Assembly (NCBI GenBank): GCA_048772705.1
Contig: JBLWGC010000104.1
Span: 1,116,001-1,180,000 of the forward strand
DNA length: 64,000 nucleotides
Reading direction: 5' to 3'
From: Leidyana gryllorum EB-2025a
Lineage: Eukaryota; Protista; Apicomplexa
The notes beneath the pieces were generated by a model that saw nothing but the letters and a program-made list of their open reading frames with translations, was not told the DNA's origin and did not search any database. Of this stretch, positions 34,059 through 44,095 are shown one piece after another (the first letter of the stretch is position 1; each line of letters starts with the position of its first letter). A program made the translations under genes and the position numbers.

Positions 34059-34838
34059 TCACACAAGTTCTCCTGCAGGTACAGAAGTAAAGGGATAGGA
34101 CTGATTAACGGTGCGAGGATTTGTGTTGGGCGTGCTGTAGGGGGAATACATCATCATCGGGGGGCTTCGCCCCACATTAGGCATTCGGAGCAATTCATGG
34201 CGAGGTGATCCTGCAGATTTGGACTCAATTTGTTGCGCCATTAAAGACGCAAATGGGGGAGGTGGGGAGCCAATCCGATGGGGCGATGTAATTTCAATTT
34301 TGACGGGACCGGGCTGGGCAGGTGTGGAGACTCTCTCAGTCGTCCGGGGAGTTATGTCCAGGCTACTTGGAAGCTCCAATATGTCGCATCCCTCCGACGC
34401 GATAGCCATTTCGGAAGTTGGCTGTTCAACATTTGCCTGACCTAAGACTGCCTTTTGTCCTTGTGCCGCCGTCCAGTGACGCTTTGTTTCGGCTGCTACC
34501 CAAAGTGCAACACCGCCGACCACTGGCGTAGCGAGAAGTAACAGTACTGTGACAGTCTGTCCTTGTGGATAAATGGTCCATGTGCTTTGGCCGAATGATT
34601 GGATGCATAATCCTGCGAACAGGACAATAAAGCTGACGATATGAAAGACTCCAGATAATCGGAACAATAAGGTGACCGGCCAGAATATTGATGCGGCTGC
34701 CAGTAGAGCCGGGAAGACCACTGGCAGGAAGGCGCCGTAACTTCCGCTGAAGAGAGCCACCAGACATAGGGCGGCCTCAGCTCCGGTCAGGCTGATCAGT
34801 AATACGCCAGCGGGTGACGGGTTCCCCTCCCGTAGCAT
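34059..34838 (-). CDS. Hypothetical 4-TM protein with Pro/Ser-rich tail
   Basis: Four hydrophobic segments followed by an SP/TP-rich region. Confidence 0.6.
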   Translation of the reverse strand: MLREGNPSPAGVLLISLTGAEAALCLVALFSGSYGAFLPVVFPALLAAASIFWPVTLLFRLSGVFHIVSFIVLFAGLCIQSFGQSTWTIYPQGQTVTVLLLLATPVVGGVALWVAAETKRHWTAAQGQKAVLGQANVEQPTSEMAIASEGCDILELPSSLDITPRTTERVSTPAQPGPVKIEITSPHRIGSPPPPFASLMAQQIESKSAGSPRHELLRMPNVGRSPPMMMYSPYSTPNTNPRTVNQSYPFTSVPAGELV

Positions 34839-34993
34839 AGAGCATTACCAACCTGAAAGTGTTTGAACGTAAGCACACACAGAGAGACACGGGGGATAGG
34901 TTTACGGGAGTGTCTGAATGGGCACCATGATGGTGCTGACAAGCACAGGAGTCACGTGCATGCAACGGTAGATCGTATAACCCCTCACAGGCT

Positions 34994-35836
34994 ATGGGAA
35001 ACGCGTGCAAGAAGAACGTCGCCGACCAGGTCCAAGAGCCTTCGCCTCGGCCCCCTCCGGCGCCCGCCGCTCGTGCAGTAGTTGAGGAAGACGATGCGGA
35101 GTTGAAGCGACTTCAGGAGCTCAATGATCGTCTCAGGCGCCAGAAAGAGGAGTTGGAGGCAGAATTGGCCCGCTGGCGTGAAGCTCAGAAGGCAAAAATG
35201 GAGAAGGTGCTGGAGGAAATCAAGGATGTGCAGCAGCAAACTGAACAGATCTTGTCCGGCCCCAGCGACGCCGAGATTGAAGGCGCCCGTGAGCGCGCTT
35301 TGGAACAAGTGAAACAAGAACTGGCCGAGGAGGATCAAGCCTACTTGAACGCTCTGCGTCAAAGAGGCCAGTTCCTCGAAGCCGAACTCGCTCGCCTCCA
35401 AGCGGAACGAGAGCGATTGAGCACCATTCGCGCCGATGCTCTGCATGAGTCCGGAAGCCTTCAAGCGCTGTTGGCGAAGCTAACGGAGCGTGAAGACGAA
35501 GAAGACCGCAGCAGTGTTGAGACTACGGACTCCATGCTCAGAGAGCGTTCTATGGCTCGGGTTGCGGAATACTACCGTCCTTTCCCTCGCCCCGAGAATT
35601 GCGCCGAGTTCGTATCTCAATCCCGAATCGATTGCGCAGAACTGAGCTCTCAGACGATCCGCAACATGAAGGCATTACTACATGACTTCAAGACTGGCGA
35701 CGAGTCGTGGTACAAGAGCGTCCCTGTGCGCGGCGCCATGTGCTCTGCTTTCCAATGTGGTGAGCAGCCGCATGACAGATGGCAATGCGCCCTTTGTGCT
35801 GCTCTCGATGTAACCGATGCTCCCTTGTTTATATAA
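34994..35836 (+). CDS. GAP45: Glideosome-associated protein GAP45 family
   Basis: MGNACKKN acylation N-terminus, central coiled coil and C-terminal C...HD..QCALC..LDVTDAPLF, as in apicomplexan GAP45. Confidence 0.85.
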   Translation: MGNACKKNVADQVQEPSPRPPPAPAARAVVEEDDAELKRLQELNDRLRRQKEELEAELARWREAQKAKMEKVLEEIKDVQQQTEQILSGPSDAEIEGARERALEQVKQELAEEDQAYLNALRQRGQFLEAELARLQAERERLSTIRADALHESGSLQALLAKLTEREDEEDRSSVETTDSMLRERSMARVAEYYRPFPRPENCAEFVSQSRIDCAELSSQTIRNMKALLHDFKTGDESWYKSVPVRGAMCSAFQCGEQPHDRWQCALCAALDVTDAPLFI

Positions 35837-35859
35837 GCTTATTTTTTTTATTTGTCGTC

Positions 35860-37627
35860 ATGGACATTGTGAACGTACTATCACGTGGCTGTGGAATCAA
35901 CGTTAAGATCAAGCCCCCTCCAGCCGAAGAAGTGAAGGAAGAGTCTGGGTCGGGATCGATAGTGAATGGCGTCCCGACTTGTAATGATTATGAGGCAGAA
36001 GCAGAAAGACGTAAAGAGCACAAAATCAAGATTTATGAAATCAGTGGTACCGATCTGGTGCCTATGAAAGAGAAGGGATATCGGTGGCTTCCACCCCCTT
36101 TGTATAGCTTTGAGGAGTTGGTGGTTGGATACCATGTTCCCAGGGAGTTAGTGGATGCCATGAAAGAGAATTTCAAGATTGAAAAGATGACTCCGTAAGC
36201 AACAGTGTCCGTCCCAGGATCATCTCGTTGCAGCGTACAATTGCAAGCCATCCCCTTAATCTTGACAAAACGGTCGCTGTGTGTGGCGGCCCCGACTGGT
36301 TCTGGGAAGACGTTAACGTATCTGCTGCCAATGGTGCGGCGTCTGATTGCTGACAAGGCCCCAGTGATTAGTGAAGACGATAGTGGATATTGCCGATGCT
36401 TAGTCGTTGTTCCAACGAAGGAATTAGCTAAGCAAGTGTGAGTTTCCAATTGCTTGGTTCCTTTCCGGCATCATTCTATTACATTAGGGTCCGGCAATTT
36501 CGATTGCTACAAACAGGTTTGAAGACCAGGTTCAGAATCTGTGGGCTGGAGACCATTTTGGACGAGAAGTGTATCGATGTTCTAGTGTGTACGCCCGGCT
36601 TGGCTTGCCGTCTGGACGATATGCATGACAGCATATTGAGGCATTGCGAGATGGTAGTTTTGGACGAGGCCGATGAGTTGTTGAGCACCAATTTCGCGAA
36701 ATACTCCGATAAGATATTGACCTATTGCCGGTCGGATCGCAAGCAGATTGTCATGTTCTCTGCCACCATGCCCGCTCGAGTCTTGGGCATGGCTTCAAAC
36801 TTCATCCACACCAGATTGGTTCTGATGATCGGTGGTCAGAACTATTCCCCGGATACCATCGAACAGCAGATGATCGGTACGGGCACCGAGCAGGGGAAGA
36901 TGCTGGTGATGAAGGAGCTGGTGCTGGAGCACAAGCTTACTCCACCCTGTCTTGTGTTTGTGCAAGACAAGTCACGAGCGGTACAGCTTCATGCTCAATT
37001 AGAGAAATTGAAACTCAAGGTCGGCGTTTTGCACAGTGATCTCAGTGATGCAGAAAGGGAAGAGGCTTTGCAAACATTCAGACAAGGCGGGGTGAGCCAC
37101 GTCAATAACTCGACACTTGTGAACACACACACGTTTGTAGACTTGGGTGCTGGTTTGCACGGATGTTCTGAGTCGTGGTATCGATTGCTATGGCGTCCGG
37201 TTGGTGATTAATTACGACGCACCAACATCTCGAGAGGCTTACATCCATCGGATTGGGCGCACTGGACGTGCTGGATGTCCAGGGAAGGTGAGTCCCGGCA
37301 AGTTGGTAGAGCCCTCGACATTTTGGCTCACTTTAGGCTATCACGTTCTACACCGTGGCTGACGGTGCAACGTTGAGACCTTTTTTGCCCATAGTTAAGG
37401 AAAGCGGCTGTACTTTGCCCGAAGATCTGGTAGATCTGGTTAGTCAGGACGACAAAAGGAGAAAAGCACGTCGCCAAGAGCTGAAGGAGGCGGCAGGAGA
37501 CGCAGCAAAGAGGGAAGCGGCAGAGAAACGAAAGCTAGTGCGATCCCCCCGCAAAAGAACACCGATAGACCAGGATGTAGCCCGTAGTACCGCACAGAAG
37601 AAAGCTAAGCGCGACAGAAACGAGTGA
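35860..37627 (+). CDS. DDX52: DEAD-box RNA helicase ROK1/DDX52 (multi-exon)
   Basis: [15 protein letters not shown] and [10 protein letters not shown] motifs; ROK1-type GTEQGK...[13 protein letters not shown]. Confidence 0.82.
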
Positions 37628-37697
37628 AAAATTCATAGTCGATAAGAAAAGTTGGCTTTTCTGCGTCAACAGCCACCGGATAAGGGCAAAGCCGATA

Positions 37698-38560
37698 ATG
37701 CCTGCGCATCAGGTACGAATTCCAACCTAAGACTCGAAACACACAGTTCAGAACAGATCTCCAAAAAGAAGAAGTTCGTCCGTGACGGAATCTTCAAAGC
37801 TGAGCTTTCTGAGCTTTTCTCTACCACCCTCGGTGAGAATGGATATGCTGGCGTCGAAGTGCGTATGACCCCGGTCAAGTGAGTGACTCGAGTATCACCC
37901 ACAGCTGACGTCTCATTTGCCAGGACTCACGTCATTATCAAAGCCACGCGTCCCCGTGAGGTGCTCGGCGAGCAAGGTCGTCGTATTCGCGAGTTGACCT
38001 CTTTGGTCCAGAAACGATTCGGCTTCCGCCCCGAGCAGGTTGAGCTCTTGGCTGAACGTGTAGAGAACCGTGGACTTTGTGCCATGGCTCAGGCTGAGTC
38101 TCTCAGATACAAGTTGTTGAGAGGCCTTCCCGTGCGTCGTGCTTGCTATGGTGTCCTTCGCAATGTCATGGAGAACGGAGCTAAGGGATGCGAAGTCGTC
38201 GTCGCTGGAAAACTCCGTGCCCAGAGGGCCAAGGCCATGAAGTTCAAGGACGGATATATGATCGCTAAGGGTCACCCCGCTCGCATCTACATCGAGCAGG
38301 CTATTCGGTCGGTTCAAATGCGTCAAGGTGTTCTTGGTGTCCGAGTGAAAATCATGCTTCCCCACGACCCTGAAGGACTCCAAGGCCCCAAGATTCCCAT
38401 CCCTGATAATGTCTTGGTCATTGAGCCCAAAGCTGGAAGCATGGGTGGAGCCCCCGGTAAGAGCTATGTCCTCCGGGTCAACCCTGAGCCTGCTCCGGCT
38501 GCTCCGGCTCCGGAGGGTGCTCCTGCTGCCGTCCCTTCTGAGGTTCAGCCAGTCCAATAG
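37698..38560 (+). CDS. RPS3: 40S ribosomal protein S3 (2 introns)
   Basis: [47 protein letters not shown]. Confidence 0.97.
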
Positions 38561-38843
38561 ACACGAGGCAGGAAAGATTTTGATGTTGTCGCTGCTATGC
38601 TGCTGAACCGGTGTGCTGATATATGTGCGTAAGCGCAATACCAAAAATGAGAGGAATAACTATCTCAAACGAGGGGGGGGAGGAAAGTCGATGACGACAC
38701 AAGAGTGTAGGAAAAACGCTTTGTCTGTCACTGACACGTGTTCGAGTGGCGTTTCTCGGTGGTGTGTACCCGTACCCCTTTGTTTGTGTGTGGGCGCGGC
38801 CAGGGCGGCCGGATGTCTTTTAGTGCTCTTCGGGAGTTAGACC

Positions 38844-39938
38844 CTATCTTTTGACCCAGATAGCCTTGAGACATTCGGCAATTTCATCGATGGGAACAGA
38901 TGTGGGGGAGTCAGGTTCGAGCAACGATTCCAGCGACGTCGTTGTGACGGGTCGTTGTCTGTGCCACACCATAGCTATTCTTCGACGATATTTGAGCGGC
39001 AGGCCGATGGACTTGAGCATCGGTTTGACGTCCGTTGACTCTTCGAACCGCCGCAGCCATTGACGTTGTGAGTTGACCGGCATGTACTGCCCACTAACAA
39101 TCGGCCACGTGAAGGCTGCATAGATAAAGACCGATTTCATCTCTGTGGTCCAGCTGGATTTGCTGTTGATTTGAGCAACGATCGCCTCGAGCCATGTAGA
39201 TACGTTGAAGCGGAAGGGGACGAATGAGGCATATCTCGGGAAAAGAACTTCAAATAGGCCTGAATCTGTGAGTGACGAGTAGAACGTTTTTGGATTTGGT
39301 GCTGATAGCCATAAGTCAGTGACCGCGTCAAAGAGTGGCTGCGGCTCAATTTTACTTATCAGGTGGGCGTGATTGCGGATAGCCATCAGATCAGTAGCTG
39401 AGATATGTAGCTTTAGTCTATTCGCTATCCGTATGGCTCTGAGTAATCTGACAGGCTCGATGTTGTATGTGACGTTTGCAGGGTTGACAGTGGCTAGTCG
39501 GCGTTCCTGTATGTCAGCGAAGGCTCTTGGCAGTCCGGTAACCGTGTGCTTGACGTTGTCATAGTACAATGAGTTGATGGTAAAGTCTCGCCGCATAACA
39601 TCTTGTTCAATGGATTTGCCATAGAGATTTCGATCGCCAAAGACGTTGGAAGGTTGACGTAGCGTTGCAATATCTATAGGCGCACCAGTAGTCCGCACGA
39701 CAACAACTTTAAAGGCAGTTCCGGCCACACAGGTTCGATCGGGGAAGAGTGCGACAATTTGATCAGGGGTAGCATCAGTAGCGATATCAAAGTCCTTAGG
39801 TACTTCGTTGAGTAAAAAGTCGCGGATACACCCGCCAACGAGCCAGGCGGAGTATCTGGCGTTCCGCAGAGTGGTCAGTACGCTTCGCACTTCTTCGGGA
39901 ATGCGTTCCTGGTCTAAGACTAGTCGTCGGGTTTCCAT
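38844..39938 (-). CDS. PcnB-like class II nucleotidyltransferase, copy 1
   Basis: LVGGCIRD...PKDFDIAT, RRDFTINSLYYD, EPVRLLRAIR, FIYAAFTWP; intronless. Confidence 0.9.
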   Translation of the reverse strand: METRRLVLDQERIPEEVRSVLTTLRNARYSAWLVGGCIRDFLLNEVPKDFDIATDATPDQIVALFPDRTCVAGTAFKVVVVRTTGAPIDIATLRQPSNVFGDRNLYGKSIEQDVMRRDFTINSLYYDNVKHTVTGLPRAFADIQERRLATVNPANVTYNIEPVRLLRAIRIANRLKLHISATDLMAIRNHAHLISKIEPQPLFDAVTDLWLSAPNPKTFYSSLTDSGLFEVLFPRYASFVPFRFNVSTWLEAIVAQINSKSSWTTEMKSVFIYAAFTWPIVSGQYMPVNSQRQWLRRFEESTDVKPMLKSIGLPLKYRRRIAMVWHRQRPVTTTSLESLLEPDSPTSVPIDEIAECLKAIWVKR

Positions 39939-39943
39939 TGAAG

Positions 39944-41026
39944 TCAAAGATCAGATAAAACGTATAGTGTTTGCAAAACCTGGGATCTGGGGGTATTGTT
40001 ATTGATTTGGCGTTTGGGCAGAGCACTGTCTATGTCAGATGATTCCGTTTGTTTCCATAGGTCCACGATGCTGGCGCGGACCTTCTTGGGAACACTGGCC
40101 GACACCATTAGGTTTTTCACATAGAGGTCGTCTCCGTCGAGGGCCTGCAGCCATTCACTTCGGTGACCACTGTTGGTAGCGGTCTCGTGCACCGCTGGCC
40201 ATAGAATAGCGGCGATGCTCCATATTGCGATATCGCGATGAGTCTGTAATTTTAAAGACTTATCCGAAGAGGCGGTGGTGAGCACCATTGGGATCCAGCT
40301 GTGCCAGTCAGCTCCTATGAACCGGTCCACACTTGTGACTGGGAATAGGAATGAGAGGAGTCCGGTGTCGATGAGGAGTCGGCTGAGTTTGTGGGGCTTT
40401 CCGGTGGCGAAAATGAGGACCAATTCGTCATAGATGCGTTGAGGGACGACCTCCTTCAAGCGATCTTTGGCGTCACAGATTGCAGCGAGCGTGGCTGCGT
40501 CGAGGTGCAAATCCAGCTTGGCAGCGAAGCGAATGCCTCGGAGAAGGCGTAAGGGGTCTTTATTGATGGTGGCCGATGTCGGGGGAATGAATCTCAGTTG
40601 CCGATCAGCAATGTGAGAAAAACTGGAGGGCATCGAAGTGACCTCTTCAGTCCGAATGTCGTAGTACAGAGCATTGATGGTGAAGTCTCGCAGTTCCCAA
40701 TCGTCTTCAAGGGAGGTACCGTAACTGTCGGTTCCAGTTGTTCTCAGAGTACTGATCTCGTAGCGCTCGCCCGTTTTGAGATGCTGGCTGACGATCTGGA
40801 AGGTCTTACCGTAAATATGGGATTTAGGGATAATTTGAGCAATGTTTTCTGGAGTCGCATCGGTGACAATATCAAAGTCCTTTGGAGGGACACCGAGCAT
40901 CATATCTCGAACGCAGCCGCCAACGAGCCATGCCCGATAGCCACGAGATTCTAATTGTTTGACTATCAGGGTTGCGTTAGCGGGGATCAAATTCTTGAAC
41001 TTATCATAAACAGGCAGCCGCTCCAT
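39944..41026 (-). CDS. PcnB-like class II nucleotidyltransferase, copy 2
   Basis: LVGGCVRD...PKDFDIVT, GKTFQI, LRDFTINALYYD, DPLRLLRGIRFAAKL, RIYDEL; intronless. Confidence 0.9.
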   Translation of the reverse strand: MERLPVYDKFKNLIPANATLIVKQLESRGYRAWLVGGCVRDMMLGVPPKDFDIVTDATPENIAQIIPKSHIYGKTFQIVSQHLKTGERYEISTLRTTGTDSYGTSLEDDWELRDFTINALYYDIRTEEVTSMPSSFSHIADRQLRFIPPTSATINKDPLRLLRGIRFAAKLDLHLDAATLAAICDAKDRLKEVVPQRIYDELVLIFATGKPHKLSRLLIDTGLLSFLFPVTSVDRFIGADWHSWIPMVLTTASSDKSLKLQTHRDIAIWSIAAILWPAVHETATNSGHRSEWLQALDGDDLYVKNLMVSASVPKKVRASIVDLWKQTESSDIDSALPKRQINNNTPRSQVLQTLYVLSDL

Positions 41027-41495
41027 TCTGAAGAGGTCGTTCGTTCGTTTATTGACAGGGACTCTGGATCACAGAGAGACGGCGGAGTCGGGCTGAATAA
41101 ATGGGCTGGTGTAATAATGGTGGGTTTATAGGCGCGAAGCTGGGTCCCAAACTCAATAAACAAACTCTTTCTCTGTCTCTAGCTCACTCTCTATCTCTTC
41201 GAGTGAACTCAGTCAGTCAGTCGGTCAATCAATACACAATGACATTCCAGTCATAATAACACATGCGGTTGGGCAGGATGACAAAATACTCAGGGGGGCC
41301 ACCTCACAAACAGTTTGATGAATCTAATTACAATGGCCTGGTGATGGCGCAGTGGAATTGCGCTCAGAGATCGCTCGGCATCGTCTTCGCCGAGGGTAAG
41401 TCTCACACAAGCAGTCGCTTTTAGCGCTGTCTTCCCTTGGCGGCGCACTGGCTTGCGATCTCAGCTGCGTACGCCAGCTCCTTTTCCGCCCTCGC

Positions 41496-42593
41496 CTAGA
41501 ACAACAGCAGTTTCTGGCATAGGACGCGGAGGGCGTTTGCTTCCTCGGGATATTTGCCATCGGTTTCCTGAATAGGGAAGATCTGTTGTCTCCAGACAGA
41601 GGAAAGGGCTCGACGGTGTCGGAGTGGTAAGCCGGTACCTTTGGTCAATTGTCTATAATAATCGTTATCACTGTCGAGATATTCCCAGACAGAGCCGCCC
41701 CGCTTCGTTCTGCGGATTTCATGGGTCACAATGGGCCATAACAATGCAGCAAAGATGAATACAATCTGGTTGTTTCGAGGAGATTTCAAATCCACTGCTT
41801 CGAGAACACAACGGAACCAAGTTTCTATTGAGACTTGATAGCTTGAAAATTCACGCTTATAGTGAGGAAACAATATATCGAATAGCTGATTGTCTCGTAA
41901 CAACGGGTATATAGTCTGCGGATTCCCCGTTGTAAACATCAACATCAGCTCGGCGAACAAACGCTCCTCTTTAACTTCACACAACAAATGCCGATTAGCT
42001 TGAATCCCATAAGATGTCTCGGGTGGCAATGGTAAGCCCAGACGGCTTGAGAGCCGCAATGCAACCAAGACTTTAAGCGGATCCTTTTGATAACTCTTAT
42101 CGGCCCGGCTTGCCACTCGACAACTTCCACTATCGCTACTATCCCGATCTTCACTATCACCGTTCGTCATCACCCGAGAAGAGCACGAAGATTCCAACAA
42201 CTTTGACACAGAATTGTGATGTGCGTTCTCAAGATTTCGGTCGCGCCGTCGGCATCGGTCCAATTTACGACGATCCAACTCACGTTTACCAATAGAAAAA
42301 GGCCGGCACACAGATATCTTGTCGAATTCACCAGTTTCACCTCTTTTGGACCAAATCACAGCCAATGTGTAAACGCCGTGGTGCTCTCCATACTCCGGAA
42401 ATAATGATCGGACTCGCTCGGCTGGAGCAGAGGTCACGATGTCAATCGCTTTTGGCACTCTTCTCGCTAATATAGCTCGTGCACATTCTTGACCCAGTTG
42501 GGCCTTATGTCCTTCGTTCTGCAATGTGGATAATAAGTTTTGAGTCTCATGGGGAATGAGACTATCTCGTACAGATCTTTGACGGGGGGTCAT
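41496..42593 (-). CDS. PcnB-like pseudoenzyme, copy 3
   Basis: Motif A is degenerate (LGQECARA...PKAIDIVT) and RRDFT is lost, but KDPLK, ERLFAEL and FAALLWP are kept. The ORF is intact. Confidence 0.75.
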   Translation of the reverse strand: MTPRQRSVRDSLIPHETQNLLSTLQNEGHKAQLGQECARAILARRVPKAIDIVTSAPAERVRSLFPEYGEHHGVYTLAVIWSKRGETGEFDKISVCRPFSIGKRELDRRKLDRCRRRDRNLENAHHNSVSKLLESSCSSRVMTNGDSEDRDSSDSGSCRVASRADKSYQKDPLKVLVALRLSSRLGLPLPPETSYGIQANRHLLCEVKEERLFAELMLMFTTGNPQTIYPLLRDNQLFDILFPHYKREFSSYQVSIETWFRCVLEAVDLKSPRNNQIVFIFAALLWPIVTHEIRRTKRGGSVWEYLDSDNDYYRQLTKGTGLPLRHRRALSSVWRQQIFPIQETDGKYPEEANALRVLCQKLLLF

Positions 42594-44095
42594 CGAGAAA
42601 AATATGTGTCTTATTTCAAACCTATCCAACTATCTGATGTGCAACACGACCCAAGTGCTGAGCTGATCGCCGATTGATCCACTAAAACACAAGTATCGAT
42701 CCTACCTTCAGGCACTTTATCATTTCCAAACGTCAGTGTTCTTATCTCAAACAGTCATAGCCAGACCCGTTCCCCCACAAATGATAGCCTATGTATTCCT
42801 AAGGCACTCCCCCTCGACCAATTTCAAGTTATTCACCCCTCAAGACCCCGCAATCATGCACAAGTCCGATGTCAGCATTGTAGTACTCGTGTCTCCTAGT
42901 GTGTGTGCTATGAATGAGTGTTGGAAGAGTCTCAAGTGTCTCCAGAGGTTGGTGGGATACACTTCATTCCCGGAGAATAAACAAGTCCTTAGCTGGATTC
43001 TCTCTCTTCCAACGCTGTTGGGAGTGGTGGTGACTCGGTCAATGGTGAGTCTTGAGGTATCAGATTGCTGCACAGGCCAGTAGCTTTGGCAGAAGTCACG
43101 ATATCCTTGCGTCGGTGGGACTCTGCCATTCTCGGACGAATACATGATCTCATAATGCGTTGGCAAGAGATTGCAGATCTGACAATCCGTATGCCTGGAG
43201 AGGGTTATGACGACCGCACACGGTGGCGATTCTAATTCTGAAGTAAAGCTTTCTGGATGGCGAGGCGTTGGCCTATCAAGTATCAGACGAGTCTGCAGCT
43301 ATCATCATCTCATATAAAAGGCGTCTCAACGACCATCAAGGCTTCCGACTGTGCATTACTGGACTCCCATGAATGGGTCTGCTCAATCTCGTTTCGATTA
43401 CCGACCAAGCCGCTAAAGTGCTGCAGATGGTCCGGATTACGAAGTCTCATACCGTAAGTGAATAAGTACGACGATAACAGACTCATCAGCGGTTCTCGGT
43501 CTTCCTGTCCACCCCGCTTACGAGACCTTAAGGCGGCATCACCCTCTCACCACGAGTTCTGACCTCTCTGAGTTCGCCGAATGCAAGGAGTATCCCTAAC
43601 AACCTGACTGATAGAAGGGCACAACATCTGACTGTTTCCAGAAGATACGGCTCTGTACAGCAAATTTGAGCGACGTACTATGCCGTCGTTGAGGACATTG
43701 GCTGTCTCTTTCCGTTCATACTGTCTCTGTCCGCTTTTGCGGCGCTTGTGTAGACGTACCCAGGAGAGTGAGCCCTGTTGAAGACTCGGAGGTGATCGAG
43801 GTGTCCACTCAAGTGATCAGAAGGTGCAATCACGAAGTCGTTGTGGCAATTGTGCAGAGTCGCAGATGACGGACGATGGATACCGAACGGTAAGAAGAAT
43901 TATCAGCCAGTCATCTGTCCGAAGGAATCTCATTAGACTCCCCGCGACTAGAGTCCGACCATACTGAATCACTGATGGGATGGCATATATGTATGAATAA
44001 TTGTAAGGATGCTGTATACATTCGAGTCATGTCAATGTTGCCACAGCTCCTTTGCAATTTGAGACTCTGTCATAAAAAGTGGCCCAAGAGTTACA

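Noticed and set aside
37913-38644. 243-aa antisense ORF over RPS3 (similar ones over eIF3a, IMC, GAP45 and members B/C)
   Set aside because: Antisense shadows caused by codon bias of real genes; no motifs.
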